In this document: in pieces, positions 1-7,382 of the stretch | Layout of the letters: each line of letters begins with the position of its first letter | Numbering within the stretch: position 1 is the first letter of the stretch | Assembly: GCA_046484135.1 (NCBI GenBank) | Contig: JAWOBU010000189.1 | Span: forward strand, 1 to 13,701 | Direction of reading: 5' to 3' | From: a bacterium | Lineage (GTDB): Bacteria; RBG-13-61-14; DATKZS01 | Length of the DNA: 13,701 nucleotides | The notes under the pieces: model-generated | Told to the model about the DNA's origin: nothing | The model's input: the letters and a program-made list of their open reading frames with translations, nothing else | The model's database searches: none | Program-made: the position numbers and the translations under genes

Positions 1-1566
1 TCTTTGCCCGCCGAAGTAGGGCGAGAACCTCATATACTCCTCTGCCAGCACGATCCCGTCGGCCTGGGAGATGGGCAGGACGTGCCAGAGGTCGAATATG
101 TTCCTGAGGTATAGCTCCGGCCGGTGTCGTAGCAGGGGCCGCAGCTTATGCAGGGTCAAAAGCCTGACCTCGTGGGTGTTGTCCTCGGTGGTCCGGATCC
201 AGATATCGTCGCCCGCCGGCCGGGGAAAGTACCATCCCGCCTCGTGCAGGTTCATCATAAACCTCGCCACCCGGATCAGGAACTTCCGGTCCCAGTAAAG
301 GCCGGAGAACTCCTCAGCCACCCGCCGGGCCAGGTACTCGGCCAGGTTGTAATCGCTCCGGCCGGGCACCGAGGAGAGCATGAAACCGGAGCCGTCCTTT
401 TTCTGGAGAGCGGCCATGACCCGGTAATGGGAAATGCCGTGATGGTCCAGGAGCGCGCTCATGATAAACCCGCGGCGGGGCGGGCCGTGCCGCGGGCCGG
501 CGTTAGTCCCGGCATCGAGCTTTAAAAGCAGAAGCTCAACCGGAGGCTCTCCTCCCACCCTTTTTACCCGCACCCGGTTCAAGGCTTCCCCCTGGTTTGT
601 CCTGTCCACTATCTCCAGCACCGAGTTCTGGTATAAAGGCTTCCTCATGAACACCCGCTCTCCGTTGTAATCGCACCAGAAGAAAGGGTCCTCCCTTTGT
701 TTCACCGCCCTGGTTACGTACTTCTCCTCGCGGCGGGCCAGGCGGCTGGAAAGGGTTATTATCTTTTTCACCATCTCCTGGAAATCGGAGTGGTCGAGGT
801 CGTCCTGGCGGAAGTACTCCCGGTAGAAGCGGAGCCGGTAGCTCTGGCTTAAAAGCGGAGAGAAGCTCTTGTGGAACCGGGCCAGCTCGAGCAATCTTTC
901 TTCGGGGGAGAACCCTTTTCTTTCCTTTCTGAGCCTGGCGCGGGCGAGGTCCACGAACACGAAGCTGACGCCTCCGCCGGAGCGGGGCGCGGCCATGATG
1001 TTTTTGGGGTCCATGCCCGGCCGGGAGATGCCGCGGTCGTGCATTTTGCGGACCAGCTCCGCCAGGTCTTTTATGACGCGTCTTTTGTCCTGCGGCCTCA
1101 CCCCGGGCAATTCCGGCAGGAAGGTGGAGTGCAGGTACTCGGAGAGCGGCTCCAGTCCGGTCAGGGACTCCTGCACCACGTACTCTTCCGATGGCGCCAC
1201 CGGGTTTCCTCTTACACCCCGGGCCAGGTGCCGCGCCACCGGCAACCCCCGCCGGGTGTGTTCGAAGGCCATCTTCCACTCCCGCCGCGCAGTGCTCTGC
1301 CCCAAAAGTCCCAGGTACCGGTCCCTGCCCTGGCGGGGATAGACCTTGACGAAAAGCTCGCCCGCCAGGCCCGGCCGGTTGGTCTTCAGCTTGAAGGCGT
1401 CCGCTCCCGCGGGCGTGTCGCGGAGACCCATGAGCCGACGGTCCTGGCGGGAGCGGTTGAACTCTTCCAGAAGATACAAAAGATGGTCTTCCATCCCCGG
1501 CTGGATCTCCCACCGGATGTCGCCTATCCGCCGCCGGGGAAAGCCGTTAAGTCCTCCTCCCCTCAT
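1..1566 (-). CDS. Tandem two-domain lipopolysaccharide kinase-like protein (Kdo/WaaP/InaA family), probable pseudokinase; 3' end lies beyond the window
   Basis: Hand translation shows ATG at 1566-1564 directly after the GT2 stop (TAG-ATG) and an open frame for 522 codons to position 1. Domain 1 reads ELFVKVY...ARREWKMA...GLPVARHLA...EYVVQESL...LAELVRKMHDRGISRPGMDPKNIM...FVFVDL. Domain 2 reads LLLLKL...HGISHYRVMAA...NLAEYL...VARFMMNLHEAGWYFPRPAGDDIWI. The LPS operon context agrees. It is absent from the ORF track because no stop lies in the window. Confidence 0.8.
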   Translation of the reverse strand, partial: MRGGGLNGFPRRRIGDIRWEIQPGMEDHLLYLLEEFNRSRQDRRLMGLRDTPAGADAFKLKTNRPGLAGELFVKVYPRQGRDRYLGLLGQSTARREWKMAFEHTRRGLPVARHLARGVRGNPVAPSEEYVVQESLTGLEPLSEYLHSTFLPELPGVRPQDKRRVIKDLAELVRKMHDRGISRPGMDPKNIMAAPRSGGGVSFVFVDLARARLRKERKGFSPEERLLELARFHKSFSPLLSQSYRLRFYREYFRQDDLDHSDFQEMVKKIITLSSRLARREEKYVTRAVKQREDPFFWCDYNGERVFMRKPLYQNSVLEIVDRTNQGEALNRVRVKRVGGEPPVELLLLKLDAGTNAGPRHGPPRRGFIMSALLDHHGISHYRVMAALQKKDGSGFMLSSVPGRSDYNLAEYLARRVAEEFSGLYWDRKFLIRVARFMMNLHEAGWYFPRPAGDDIWIRTTEDNTHEVRLLTLHKLRPLLRHRPELYLRNIFDLWHVLPISQADGIVLAEEYMRFSPYFGGQR

Positions 1567-2322
1567 CTATTTCTTCTCCCTGCCAAGCTCCCACAGGCGG
1601 GCGTACTTCAGGAAGGTGTAATAGCCGTTCATTACCGAAATGATAAAGCCGGGCATGGCGTCCAGTACCCCCAGCTTCAGGATGTAGGTTTTGAAGAAGG
1701 TATAGGGAGGACGAAAAACGAGATCGCTTGTTTTAAAGCGGACTCCTTTTTTATGCTTCACGTTTGCGTTTACCGCGGCGTATCTTGCGAGCTGGGAAGC
1801 GTGGTGCCGGAGGTCCCGGTAGGTGTAGTGATAAAGGTCTCCTCCCAGGTGTCCGGTCTTGCCGGTAACCCGGATGACCTCGTGCGGGTCCTCGCCGCCG
1901 AAACGGGCTTGCGACTTTTTATAGAGCCGGAGCTTGCGGTCCGGGTACCAGCCACAGTGCCTGATCCACCTGCCCTGGTAGAAGGTCCGGCGGGAAAAGG
2001 TATAGCCGTTGACTTCCGGTTCCGGGCTTTCCAGAGCCGTCTGCATGGAGCTTTTTAGCTCGGGGGATATGACCTCGTCCGCGTCCAGGGTCAGGACCCA
2101 TTCATGGGAGCACTGGTCCGCCGCCCACTTCTTCTGGTCCTTCCAGCCCTGCCACTCGCGGTGAAACACCCGGCCGGTATAATCCTTGGTGATCTCCACG
2201 GTCCGGTCGGCGCTGCCCGAGTCCACCACCACGATCTCGTCCGCGAACGCCGCGCTTTCCAGGCATTCTTTTATGCGGTCCTCTTCGTTCAGGCAGACCA
2301 CGGCCACGGAGAGAGGCTCCAT
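1567..2322 (-). CDS. Family 2 glycosyltransferase, LPS core beta-1,4-glucosyltransferase-like (WaaE/KdtX/LgtF type)
   Basis: 251 aa with motifs LSVAVVCLNEE, EIVVVDSGSADRT, WVLTLDADE (DxD), GWYPDRKLRL, PHE, LYHYTY and YILKLGVLD typical of this GT2 subfamily. Its start overlaps the waaF stop (TGATG). Confidence 0.9.
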   Translation of the reverse strand: MEPLSVAVVCLNEEDRIKECLESAAFADEIVVVDSGSADRTVEITKDYTGRVFHREWQGWKDQKKWAADQCSHEWVLTLDADEVISPELKSSMQTALESPEPEVNGYTFSRRTFYQGRWIRHCGWYPDRKLRLYKKSQARFGGEDPHEVIRVTGKTGHLGGDLYHYTYRDLRHHASQLARYAAVNANVKHKKGVRFKTSDLVFRPPYTFFKTYILKLGVLDAMPGFIISVMNGYYTFLKYARLWELGREKK

Positions 2323-3350
2323 CAGCCCTCCTCCAGCAAACCCCGGGCGGCTGCCAGCACCTTGTCGGTTTCGATAAGCTCCATGCAGTAAAAGTGTCCT
2401 TCCGGACAGCGCCTCGCGCCGTGTTCACCGCAGGGTCGGCAGGGAAGGTCCACCTCCACCGTCCGGCTGTGGTTGAACCAGGGCGCGAAACCCTGCCTCG
2501 GAGTGGTGGGACCGAATATGACCACCACCGGCACGTTCACCGCGCCGGCGATATGGACGGGAGCGCTGTCATTAGTGATTACGAGGTCCATCTTCGACAT
2601 TACTGCAATCCATTCCTTCAGAGAGGTCGTCCCGGTAAGGTTATGGACTTCGACACCCGCTTCCTTTTCCACCTCGGAGGACACCGCCCGGTCTTCCTTC
2701 GAGCCCAGAAGGTAGATGTCGGCCCCGGTCTCCTCCCGGAGGGCGCGCACCACCTTGCCGAACCTGGGCGCCGGCCATCTTTTGGTGTTCCAGATGCTGC
2801 CGGGACATATGCCGAGGCGGGGCCGGTCCCCGTTGCCGGAGACGAACTCGGAGGCTTGATCAAAAGCGGGCATTTCCAGTTTCGGGTCGAAATCCGGAGG
2901 CGGTCCTCCCAGGGGTCCTAGCAGGGCCAGGTTCCGCTCGACCTCGTGCCTGGAGTTGTCTCTCGGGAGCCGGTTTTGGAAAACCCACGGAAAGGCTGAG
3001 TTTGCGAACCCGATCCTGCGGGGTATGCCGGCGAGCTTGAGAAGGGCGGCGCTTCGGAGGGAACGGTGGGCGCAGATGGCCGTGTCAAAGTTCTTCTCCT
3101 TGAGCTCTGCCGCCTTTTTGCGGAGTCCGGCCAGCCCCTTTTCGGTTTTTCTCTTGTCGTATACGATCACCTCGTCCAGGCAGGAGAGGCCGTCTAATAT
3201 GGCGCTTCCGCCGGGGTTTCCCATAAAAGTTATGTGGGCGTTTGCAAACCTCTCCCGCAAGGCCCGGAGCAGGGGCGTTATAAGTACCACGTCCCCCAAG
3301 AAGGCGGTCTGGACCACCAGGATGCGGGAGGTCTCATCCTCCGTTGTCAT
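2322..3350 (-). CDS. waaF: Lipopolysaccharide heptosyltransferase II-like (GT9)
   Basis: 342 aa with RILVVQTAFLGDVVL, HRSLRSA, RRIGF, HEVERNL, PGSIWNTKRWP, ITNDSAPVHIA, IFGPT and a C-terminal CRPC...C...C cluster. GT9 membership is certain; the exact heptosyltransferase specificity is less so. Confidence 0.85.
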   Translation of the reverse strand: MTTEDETSRILVVQTAFLGDVVLITPLLRALRERFANAHITFMGNPGGSAILDGLSCLDEVIVYDKRKTEKGLAGLRKKAAELKEKNFDTAICAHRSLRSAALLKLAGIPRRIGFANSAFPWVFQNRLPRDNSRHEVERNLALLGPLGGPPPDFDPKLEMPAFDQASEFVSGNGDRPRLGICPGSIWNTKRWPAPRFGKVVRALREETGADIYLLGSKEDRAVSSEVEKEAGVEVHNLTGTTSLKEWIAVMSKMDLVITNDSAPVHIAGAVNVPVVVIFGPTTPRQGFAPWFNHSRTVEVDLPCRPCGEHGARRCPEGHFYCMELIETDKVLAAARGLLEEG

Positions 3351-3540
3351 TGTCGCTCCCTATGGGCTTGGCGTGCTCGATTATCATGTCCGGTACATAA
3401 GCGTCTTCCCCGAAACGCTCGACCGGGTAGCGCAACCCGCATGCTTTACAGTCCAGGCCCTCGTCCCGGCCGTGGACGCGCAACGGTCCGTGGCAGCGGG
3501 GACAGACCAGCTTATTTAACAGATCGGGATCAAGACCCAT
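3334..3540 (-). CDS. Trm112/YcaR (UPF0434) family small zinc-binding protein, 68 aa
   Basis: MGLDPDLLNKLVCPRCHGPL...LDCKACGLRYPV...VPDMIIEHA matches the Trm112-like pattern. A GAGGAG RBS precedes the ATG at 3540, so the track's start at 3639 is too long. It overlaps the waaF start by 17 nt. Confidence 0.88.
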   Translation of the reverse strand: MGLDPDLLNKLVCPRCHGPLRVHGRDEGLDCKACGLRYPVERFGEDAYVPDMIIEHAKPIGSDNDNGG

Positions 3541-3580
3541 GATTAATGCCCTCCTCAGTACGCGAAAATACTTTGACAAT

Positions 3581-3609
3581 AAGTTACCAGACACCCGGCC
3601 GGTTGGCAA
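3581..3609 (-). promoter_or_regulatory. Putative sigma70 promoter of the LPS operon
   Basis: On the minus strand: TTGCCA (3609-3604), 17-nt spacer, TAACTT (3586-3581), with a TG extended -10. It lies about 40 nt upstream of the Trm112-like start. Confidence 0.55.
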
Positions 3610-3610
3610 T

Positions 3611-3639
3611 TTGACGACAGAGAAAAGCGCGGTTATCAT
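3611..3639 (+). promoter_or_regulatory. Putative sigma70 promoter of the riboswitch-btuB operon
   Basis: TTGACG (3611-3616), 17-nt spacer, TATCAT (3634-3639). The predicted start near 3646 coincides with the 5' end of riboswitch P1. Confidence 0.7.
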
Positions 3640-3646
3640 TGATCCC

Positions 3647-3840
3647 GGCTGTGAGGTGAGCCCGAAAGGGCCAAGAGGGAATCCGGTGAGATTCCGGAGC
3701 TGACCCGCAACTGTAACAGGGGAGCGCGGCTAGTAACGCCACTGGGGGAAGACCTGGGAAGGCCGGCCGTCGCATTGATCCTTAAGCCAGGAGACCTGCC
3801 TTACAGCTAATGTCCGGCATCCTCGCGGAAAGGGAGAAGG
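3647..3840 (+). ncRNA. Cobalamin (B12) riboswitch with translational expression platform
   Basis: The canonical elements appear in order: AGGTG, hairpin GCCC-GAAA-GGGC, AAGAGGGAA, CCGG-TGAGATT-CCGG, CTGACCCGCAACTGTAA, GCCACTGG...CTGGGAAGGC and the B12 box AGCCAGGAGACCTGCC. P1 is GGCTGTGAGG (3647-3656) paired with CCTTACAGCT (3799-3808). A downstream hairpin TCCT-CGCGGAA-AGGG overlaps the RBS. The element sits directly upstream of a TonB-dependent receptor. Confidence 0.96.
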
Positions 3841-3842
3841 CA

Positions 3843-6032
3843 TTGCCCCGTTTAAAAAAAACCGCTTTTTACAAGCATACATCATCTGAACCCCGATCCT
3901 TTAGAAAAGCCCGTAAACAGGATTTACGCAAGGCCCTGCTCGCGGGAGCCGCGGTCTTCTTTGCCATTTTGTACCTCTTCAGCACCCCGGCCCTCGGTCA
4001 GAACAACAAAGAAGAAAAGGAAAAAGAACCTGCCCAGTCAAACGTCCAGGACGGTGCCACTGCGGAGGAAGCCGGCTCATCTATCGAACTGGAGGCCATC
4101 GTAGTGGAGGGCGAGCAGCACCTGAGCGAGCGGGAGGCTGAGAACCCTACCAAGTTCATGAAGGTCATCGAAACAGGTGAGGCCCCTTCCCGGGTGGATA
4201 CGGTTGCCGGCGTGCTGGACAAGACCGTGGGCGTAAAGGTGAACCGCTACGGCGGTCTGGGCGACTTTGCCACCGTGTCCATACGCGGAGCAAACCCCAA
4301 CCAGGTGCAGGTCTACGTGGACGGCGTTCCGGTAAACAGCGCCATGACCGGCATGACCGATATGGCGGACCTTCCCCTGGACAGCGTCGAGTACATCGAG
4401 GTCTTTCGGGGTTTTGTTCCCCCCGACTTCGGTGAGGCGGGCATCGGCGGCGCCGTGAACCTGGTGACCCGCAAGGACATGGAGGAGAGCTACTCCATGA
4501 GCGCATCAGCGGGCTCTTACGGGACTTACAAGGCCACTGCGCTCGCTGCCGGCCCGGCCGGAGACATAAACCTTCTGGCTTTCGCGAGCTACATGACAAG
4601 CCGGGGTGATTTCACCTATGAGAACGACAACGGCACTCCCTTAAACGATGCCGACGACTTCGAGGAGGTGCGCAAGAACAACGGGTTCGAGTCTTATGAC
4701 CTGGCGGTGCGCGGAGCGGGCGACGCCGGGGAATGGGAGGTCTCCTCCGTGATGGCGCTGCATTACAAGGACCAGGGTATGCCCGGACTTCAGCGCCGGC
4801 AGGCGGAGGAGACGAGCCTTCTAACGCGGCGCGGCACAGCGAACGTAAAGCTCAGAAACCGGTCGGTGCTGGAGGGAGCGCTGGACCTTTCTTTAGCTGC
4901 GGACGGCTCTTACGAGAGCAGGCTGTGGAGCGATCCGGAAGGGGATCTCGGCACCGGCGCTCCGGAGGAACACGATGACCGGAGCGCCTCTGCGGGCGTG
5001 CGGGTGAAAGGCATCTGGCGCAGCCCGCTGGAGGGACTGGTTATAACCGGTTATGGCGGGTACCGGGAGCAGCGCTTCCAGTCGGTCCATACCGAGCCCG
5101 AGGACCACGAGGGCAAACAGCAGAGACGGGTGATACTCTCCGGCGTGTTCCAGGCCGAGTACACCGAACCCTCCGACAAGCTCACCGTCCAGGCCGGAGT
5201 CCGGCAGGAGCAGTACCAAAATTACCTGGAGGGGGACCCGTACTTCCAGGGCCCCGGTGCGGCGGGCGACAACACCGATACCCTGAACTTCACCAGCCCC
5301 TCAGGGGGGATCATCTGGCGCTTGAGCGATTCGCTGGCTGTAAAGGCCAACGCGGGCAGGTTTTACCGGGTCCCCACCTTTTACGAGCTTTTCGGCGACC
5401 GGGGGGTGGCGGTAGGCAACACCGACCTGAAGCCGGAGAAGGGCGTAAATTACGACGCCGGGTTCGTCTACCAGGGCGAAGGCATAGGCCCGGTCAGCAA
5501 TGTCTTTTTCGAGTACGCTTACTTTCACAGTCATATAGAAGACCTGATTGTGTTCTTCCAGAACTCGCAACGGACGGTCATGCCCGCGAACGTGGGGGCC
5601 GCGCAAATTTGGGGACACGAGCTTTCGTTCAACTGCCGGACCTTTGTTGACTTCCGCGTCTCCGGCAATTACACCTTCCAGAGCGCGGTAGACCAGGGGG
5701 ACGTGCCCTACTGGGAGGGAAACGCCCTTCCCATGCGGCCCATGCACGAGGCCCACGCCCGCGTTGATTATATTCCTACTGAAAGGTTTAATACCTGGGC
5801 CGAGTTTACTTACATGAGCGGCAACTACTGGGACCGGGCCAACCTCTACGAGGTCCAGGACCGGCGGATACTGAATCTGGGCATGAGGGTGGACTATTAT
5901 CTCGAAAACGAGACAGTGCTTTCTTTTACGGGGGAGGCCCGGAATATGAACGACGACCGCGTCTCGGACGTGGCGGGCTATCCCATGCCCGGCCGGATGG
6001 GGTTTATAACCGTCCAGGCCAAGTGGAGATGA
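3843..6032 (+). CDS. btuB: TonB-dependent outer-membrane receptor, probable cobalamin/corrinoid transporter (BtuB-like)
   Basis: Signal peptide ending ...STPALG; TonB box LEAIVVEG; plug motifs SIRGANPNQVQVYVDGVP, LPLDSVEYIEVFRG, GGAVNLVT; barrel motifs PTFYELF, GNTDLKPEKG and C-terminal YPMPGR...AKWR. Substrate is inferred from the riboswitch. I prefer the TTG at 3843 (AGGGAG 6 nt upstream) over the ATG at 3810. Confidence 0.85.
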   Translation: MPRLKKTAFYKHTSSEPRSFRKARKQDLRKALLAGAAVFFAILYLFSTPALGQNNKEEKEKEPAQSNVQDGATAEEAGSSIELEAIVVEGEQHLSEREAENPTKFMKVIETGEAPSRVDTVAGVLDKTVGVKVNRYGGLGDFATVSIRGANPNQVQVYVDGVPVNSAMTGMTDMADLPLDSVEYIEVFRGFVPPDFGEAGIGGAVNLVTRKDMEESYSMSASAGSYGTYKATALAAGPAGDINLLAFASYMTSRGDFTYENDNGTPLNDADDFEEVRKNNGFESYDLAVRGAGDAGEWEVSSVMALHYKDQGMPGLQRRQAEETSLLTRRGTANVKLRNRSVLEGALDLSLAADGSYESRLWSDPEGDLGTGAPEEHDDRSASAGVRVKGIWRSPLEGLVITGYGGYREQRFQSVHTEPEDHEGKQQRRVILSGVFQAEYTEPSDKLTVQAGVRQEQYQNYLEGDPYFQGPGAAGDNTDTLNFTSPSGGIIWRLSDSLAVKANAGRFYRVPTFYELFGDRGVAVGNTDLKPEKGVNYDAGFVYQGEGIGPVSNVFFEYAYFHSHIEDLIVFFQNSQRTVMPANVGAAQIWGHELSFNCRTFVDFRVSGNYTFQSAVDQGDVPYWEGNALPMRPMHEAHARVDYIPTERFNTWAEFTYMSGNYWDRANLYEVQDRRILNLGMRVDYYLENETVLSFTGEARNMNDDRVSDVAGYPMPGRMGFITVQAKWR

Positions 6033-6036
6033 CGGA

Positions 6037-7257
6037 ATGAAAAACAGGACCGCGACATGGAAAAAGAGAAGTAAAGCAGCGGCCGCGGGATTGGTGCTTG
6101 CTTTGTTGTCCGCCCTGCTCGTGTTCACGGGATGCGGACCTTTGCCCGATCCGGCCGGCAACATGGACTCGGGAGGCGCAATTCCCCGCCAGGATGACAC
6201 CAGCGCCGACCCCCGGCATTACGCGGCTTTCGTGGCCGCCACCGACTACTCCATATCCGGAGGCTTCGGCGTTATTGATCTTGACGACTACCACACCTAC
6301 TCGCCCGACCCGGCCTGGGCCGCGGAGGTGATAAGCCCCGACCCGGTGGCCAAGAGCTACGGCGACTACGTGTTCGTCTTAAACCGATACACCTATGACA
6401 GCATCTCGGTGCTCAGGAAAAAGGACTTTTCCTTGAAAAAACAGTACTCGGTGGCGGACGGGTCATGCGACCCCTCCAACCCGCACGACCTCGAGTTCGT
6501 GAGCGAGAGCAAGGCATACCTCTCCCGATACGAGTGCAGGGACCTCTGGATCATTAACCCGGTTACGGGCGAGAAGCTGGGCTCCATTGACCTGGGAGCT
6601 TACGGAGGCAAGGACGGCATACCCGAGATGAGCGGCATGGAGCTCGTGGGCTCGACCTTGTACGTGGCCGTCCAGATGCTGGAGCGTGAAAGCGGCTGGA
6701 CCGCGCCGGACCACAGCATGATGGTTGTCATAGATACGACCACTGACTCGGTGGTCGCGGATATAGAGCTCACGGGCTCCAATCCGGTAACAGACGTGCT
6801 CTACAGCGACTCGTTGAGCTCGCTGGTGGTGGGAAGCGCGAGCAGTCCCGGAAGCTATAACGACCCGAACGGCGGCATCGAGGCAGTGGACCCTGTAACC
6901 AACACGTCCGCCGGCTTTCTTATTAGCGAGTCCGCGCTGGCCGGCAACGTGGCCGACTTCGAGGTCCTGAACTCGACGCGCGCGTACGCCACCATTGACT
7001 CCGCGGACTTCCGCTCCAAGCTGGTCGCATTCAACCCCCAAACCGGCGTGCGCGAGCAGGGATCGGTCTACCAGGCGGAAAAGGGATACGCATTGTGGGA
7101 CATCGCCCTTTCCAACCGGGGGCAACTGCTGGTCTGCGACCGGAGCGCCAAAGACCCCGGCGTGGTCATTATAGACACCACGGCCGCGGACAAGGTCCTG
7201 GGGGTATCTCCTATTGACCTGGGACTTCCTCCTTTCAGCATTGCGCTGTTGAAATGA
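6037..7257 (+). CDS. Lipoprotein with YncE/YVTN-like beta-propeller repeats; BtuG-like putative corrinoid-capture protein
   Basis: Basic n-region, hydrophobic h-region and lipobox VFTG-C33. Repeated blade motifs: LWIINPVTGEKLGSIDL, MVVIDTTTDSVVADIEL, IEAVDPVTN, LVAFNPQTG, VVIIDTTAADKV...IDLGLPP. It starts after a 4-nt gap from the receptor stop. The B12 role is inferred from context. Confidence 0.72.
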   Translation: MKNRTATWKKRSKAAAAGLVLALLSALLVFTGCGPLPDPAGNMDSGGAIPRQDDTSADPRHYAAFVAATDYSISGGFGVIDLDDYHTYSPDPAWAAEVISPDPVAKSYGDYVFVLNRYTYDSISVLRKKDFSLKKQYSVADGSCDPSNPHDLEFVSESKAYLSRYECRDLWIINPVTGEKLGSIDLGAYGGKDGIPEMSGMELVGSTLYVAVQMLERESGWTAPDHSMMVVIDTTTDSVVADIELTGSNPVTDVLYSDSLSSLVVGSASSPGSYNDPNGGIEAVDPVTNTSAGFLISESALAGNVADFEVLNSTRAYATIDSADFRSKLVAFNPQTGVREQGSVYQAEKGYALWDIALSNRGQLLVCDRSAKDPGVVIIDTTAADKVLGVSPIDLGLPPFSIALLK

Positions 7258-7360
7258 AATTGTTCAAAAAATTTTGCAATCCATCAAGCATCCACTTTTC
7301 CGAAAATTTGCTCGTAAGGAGCTTCTTGCGTTATAAAGGAAAGTGGTAACCGATAATCCC

Positions 7361-7382
7361 CGCCTTCCATAAATTGGAGGCG
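7361..7382 (+). other. GC-rich stem-loop immediately 5' of the sulfatase RBS
   Basis: CGCCT(T)CCA-TAAAT-TGGAGGCG forms an 8-bp stem with one bulge and has no U-tract. AGGAGG follows at 7387-7392. Function unknown. Confidence 0.4.

Noticed and set aside
536..1513. 325-aa minus-strand ORF in the track
   Set aside because: It is a Gly/Pro/Arg-rich off-frame shadow of the real kinase-like gene (1566 to <1), which has family motifs and a coupled start.
871..2058. 395-aa plus-strand ORF and other plus-strand ORFs between 71 and 3542
   Set aside because: They are antisense to recognisable LPS genes and have no motifs. Long shadow ORFs are expected at high GC.
3573..3578. Perfect TTGACA on the plus strand
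   Set aside because: No -10-like hexamer lies 16-18 nt downstream (CGGCCG region).
3541..3639. N-terminal extension of the Trm112-like ORF to 101 aa
   Set aside because: It runs through both promoters. The RBS and family homology start at ATG 3540.
3810..3842. ATG 3810 as the receptor start
   Set aside because: It has no RBS, abuts riboswitch P1, and would translate through the expression hairpin. TTG 3843 fits better.
5301..7125. Minus-strand ORFs of 299 aa, 220 aa and smaller ones
   Set aside because: They are antisense shadows of the receptor and lipoprotein genes with no independent evidence.
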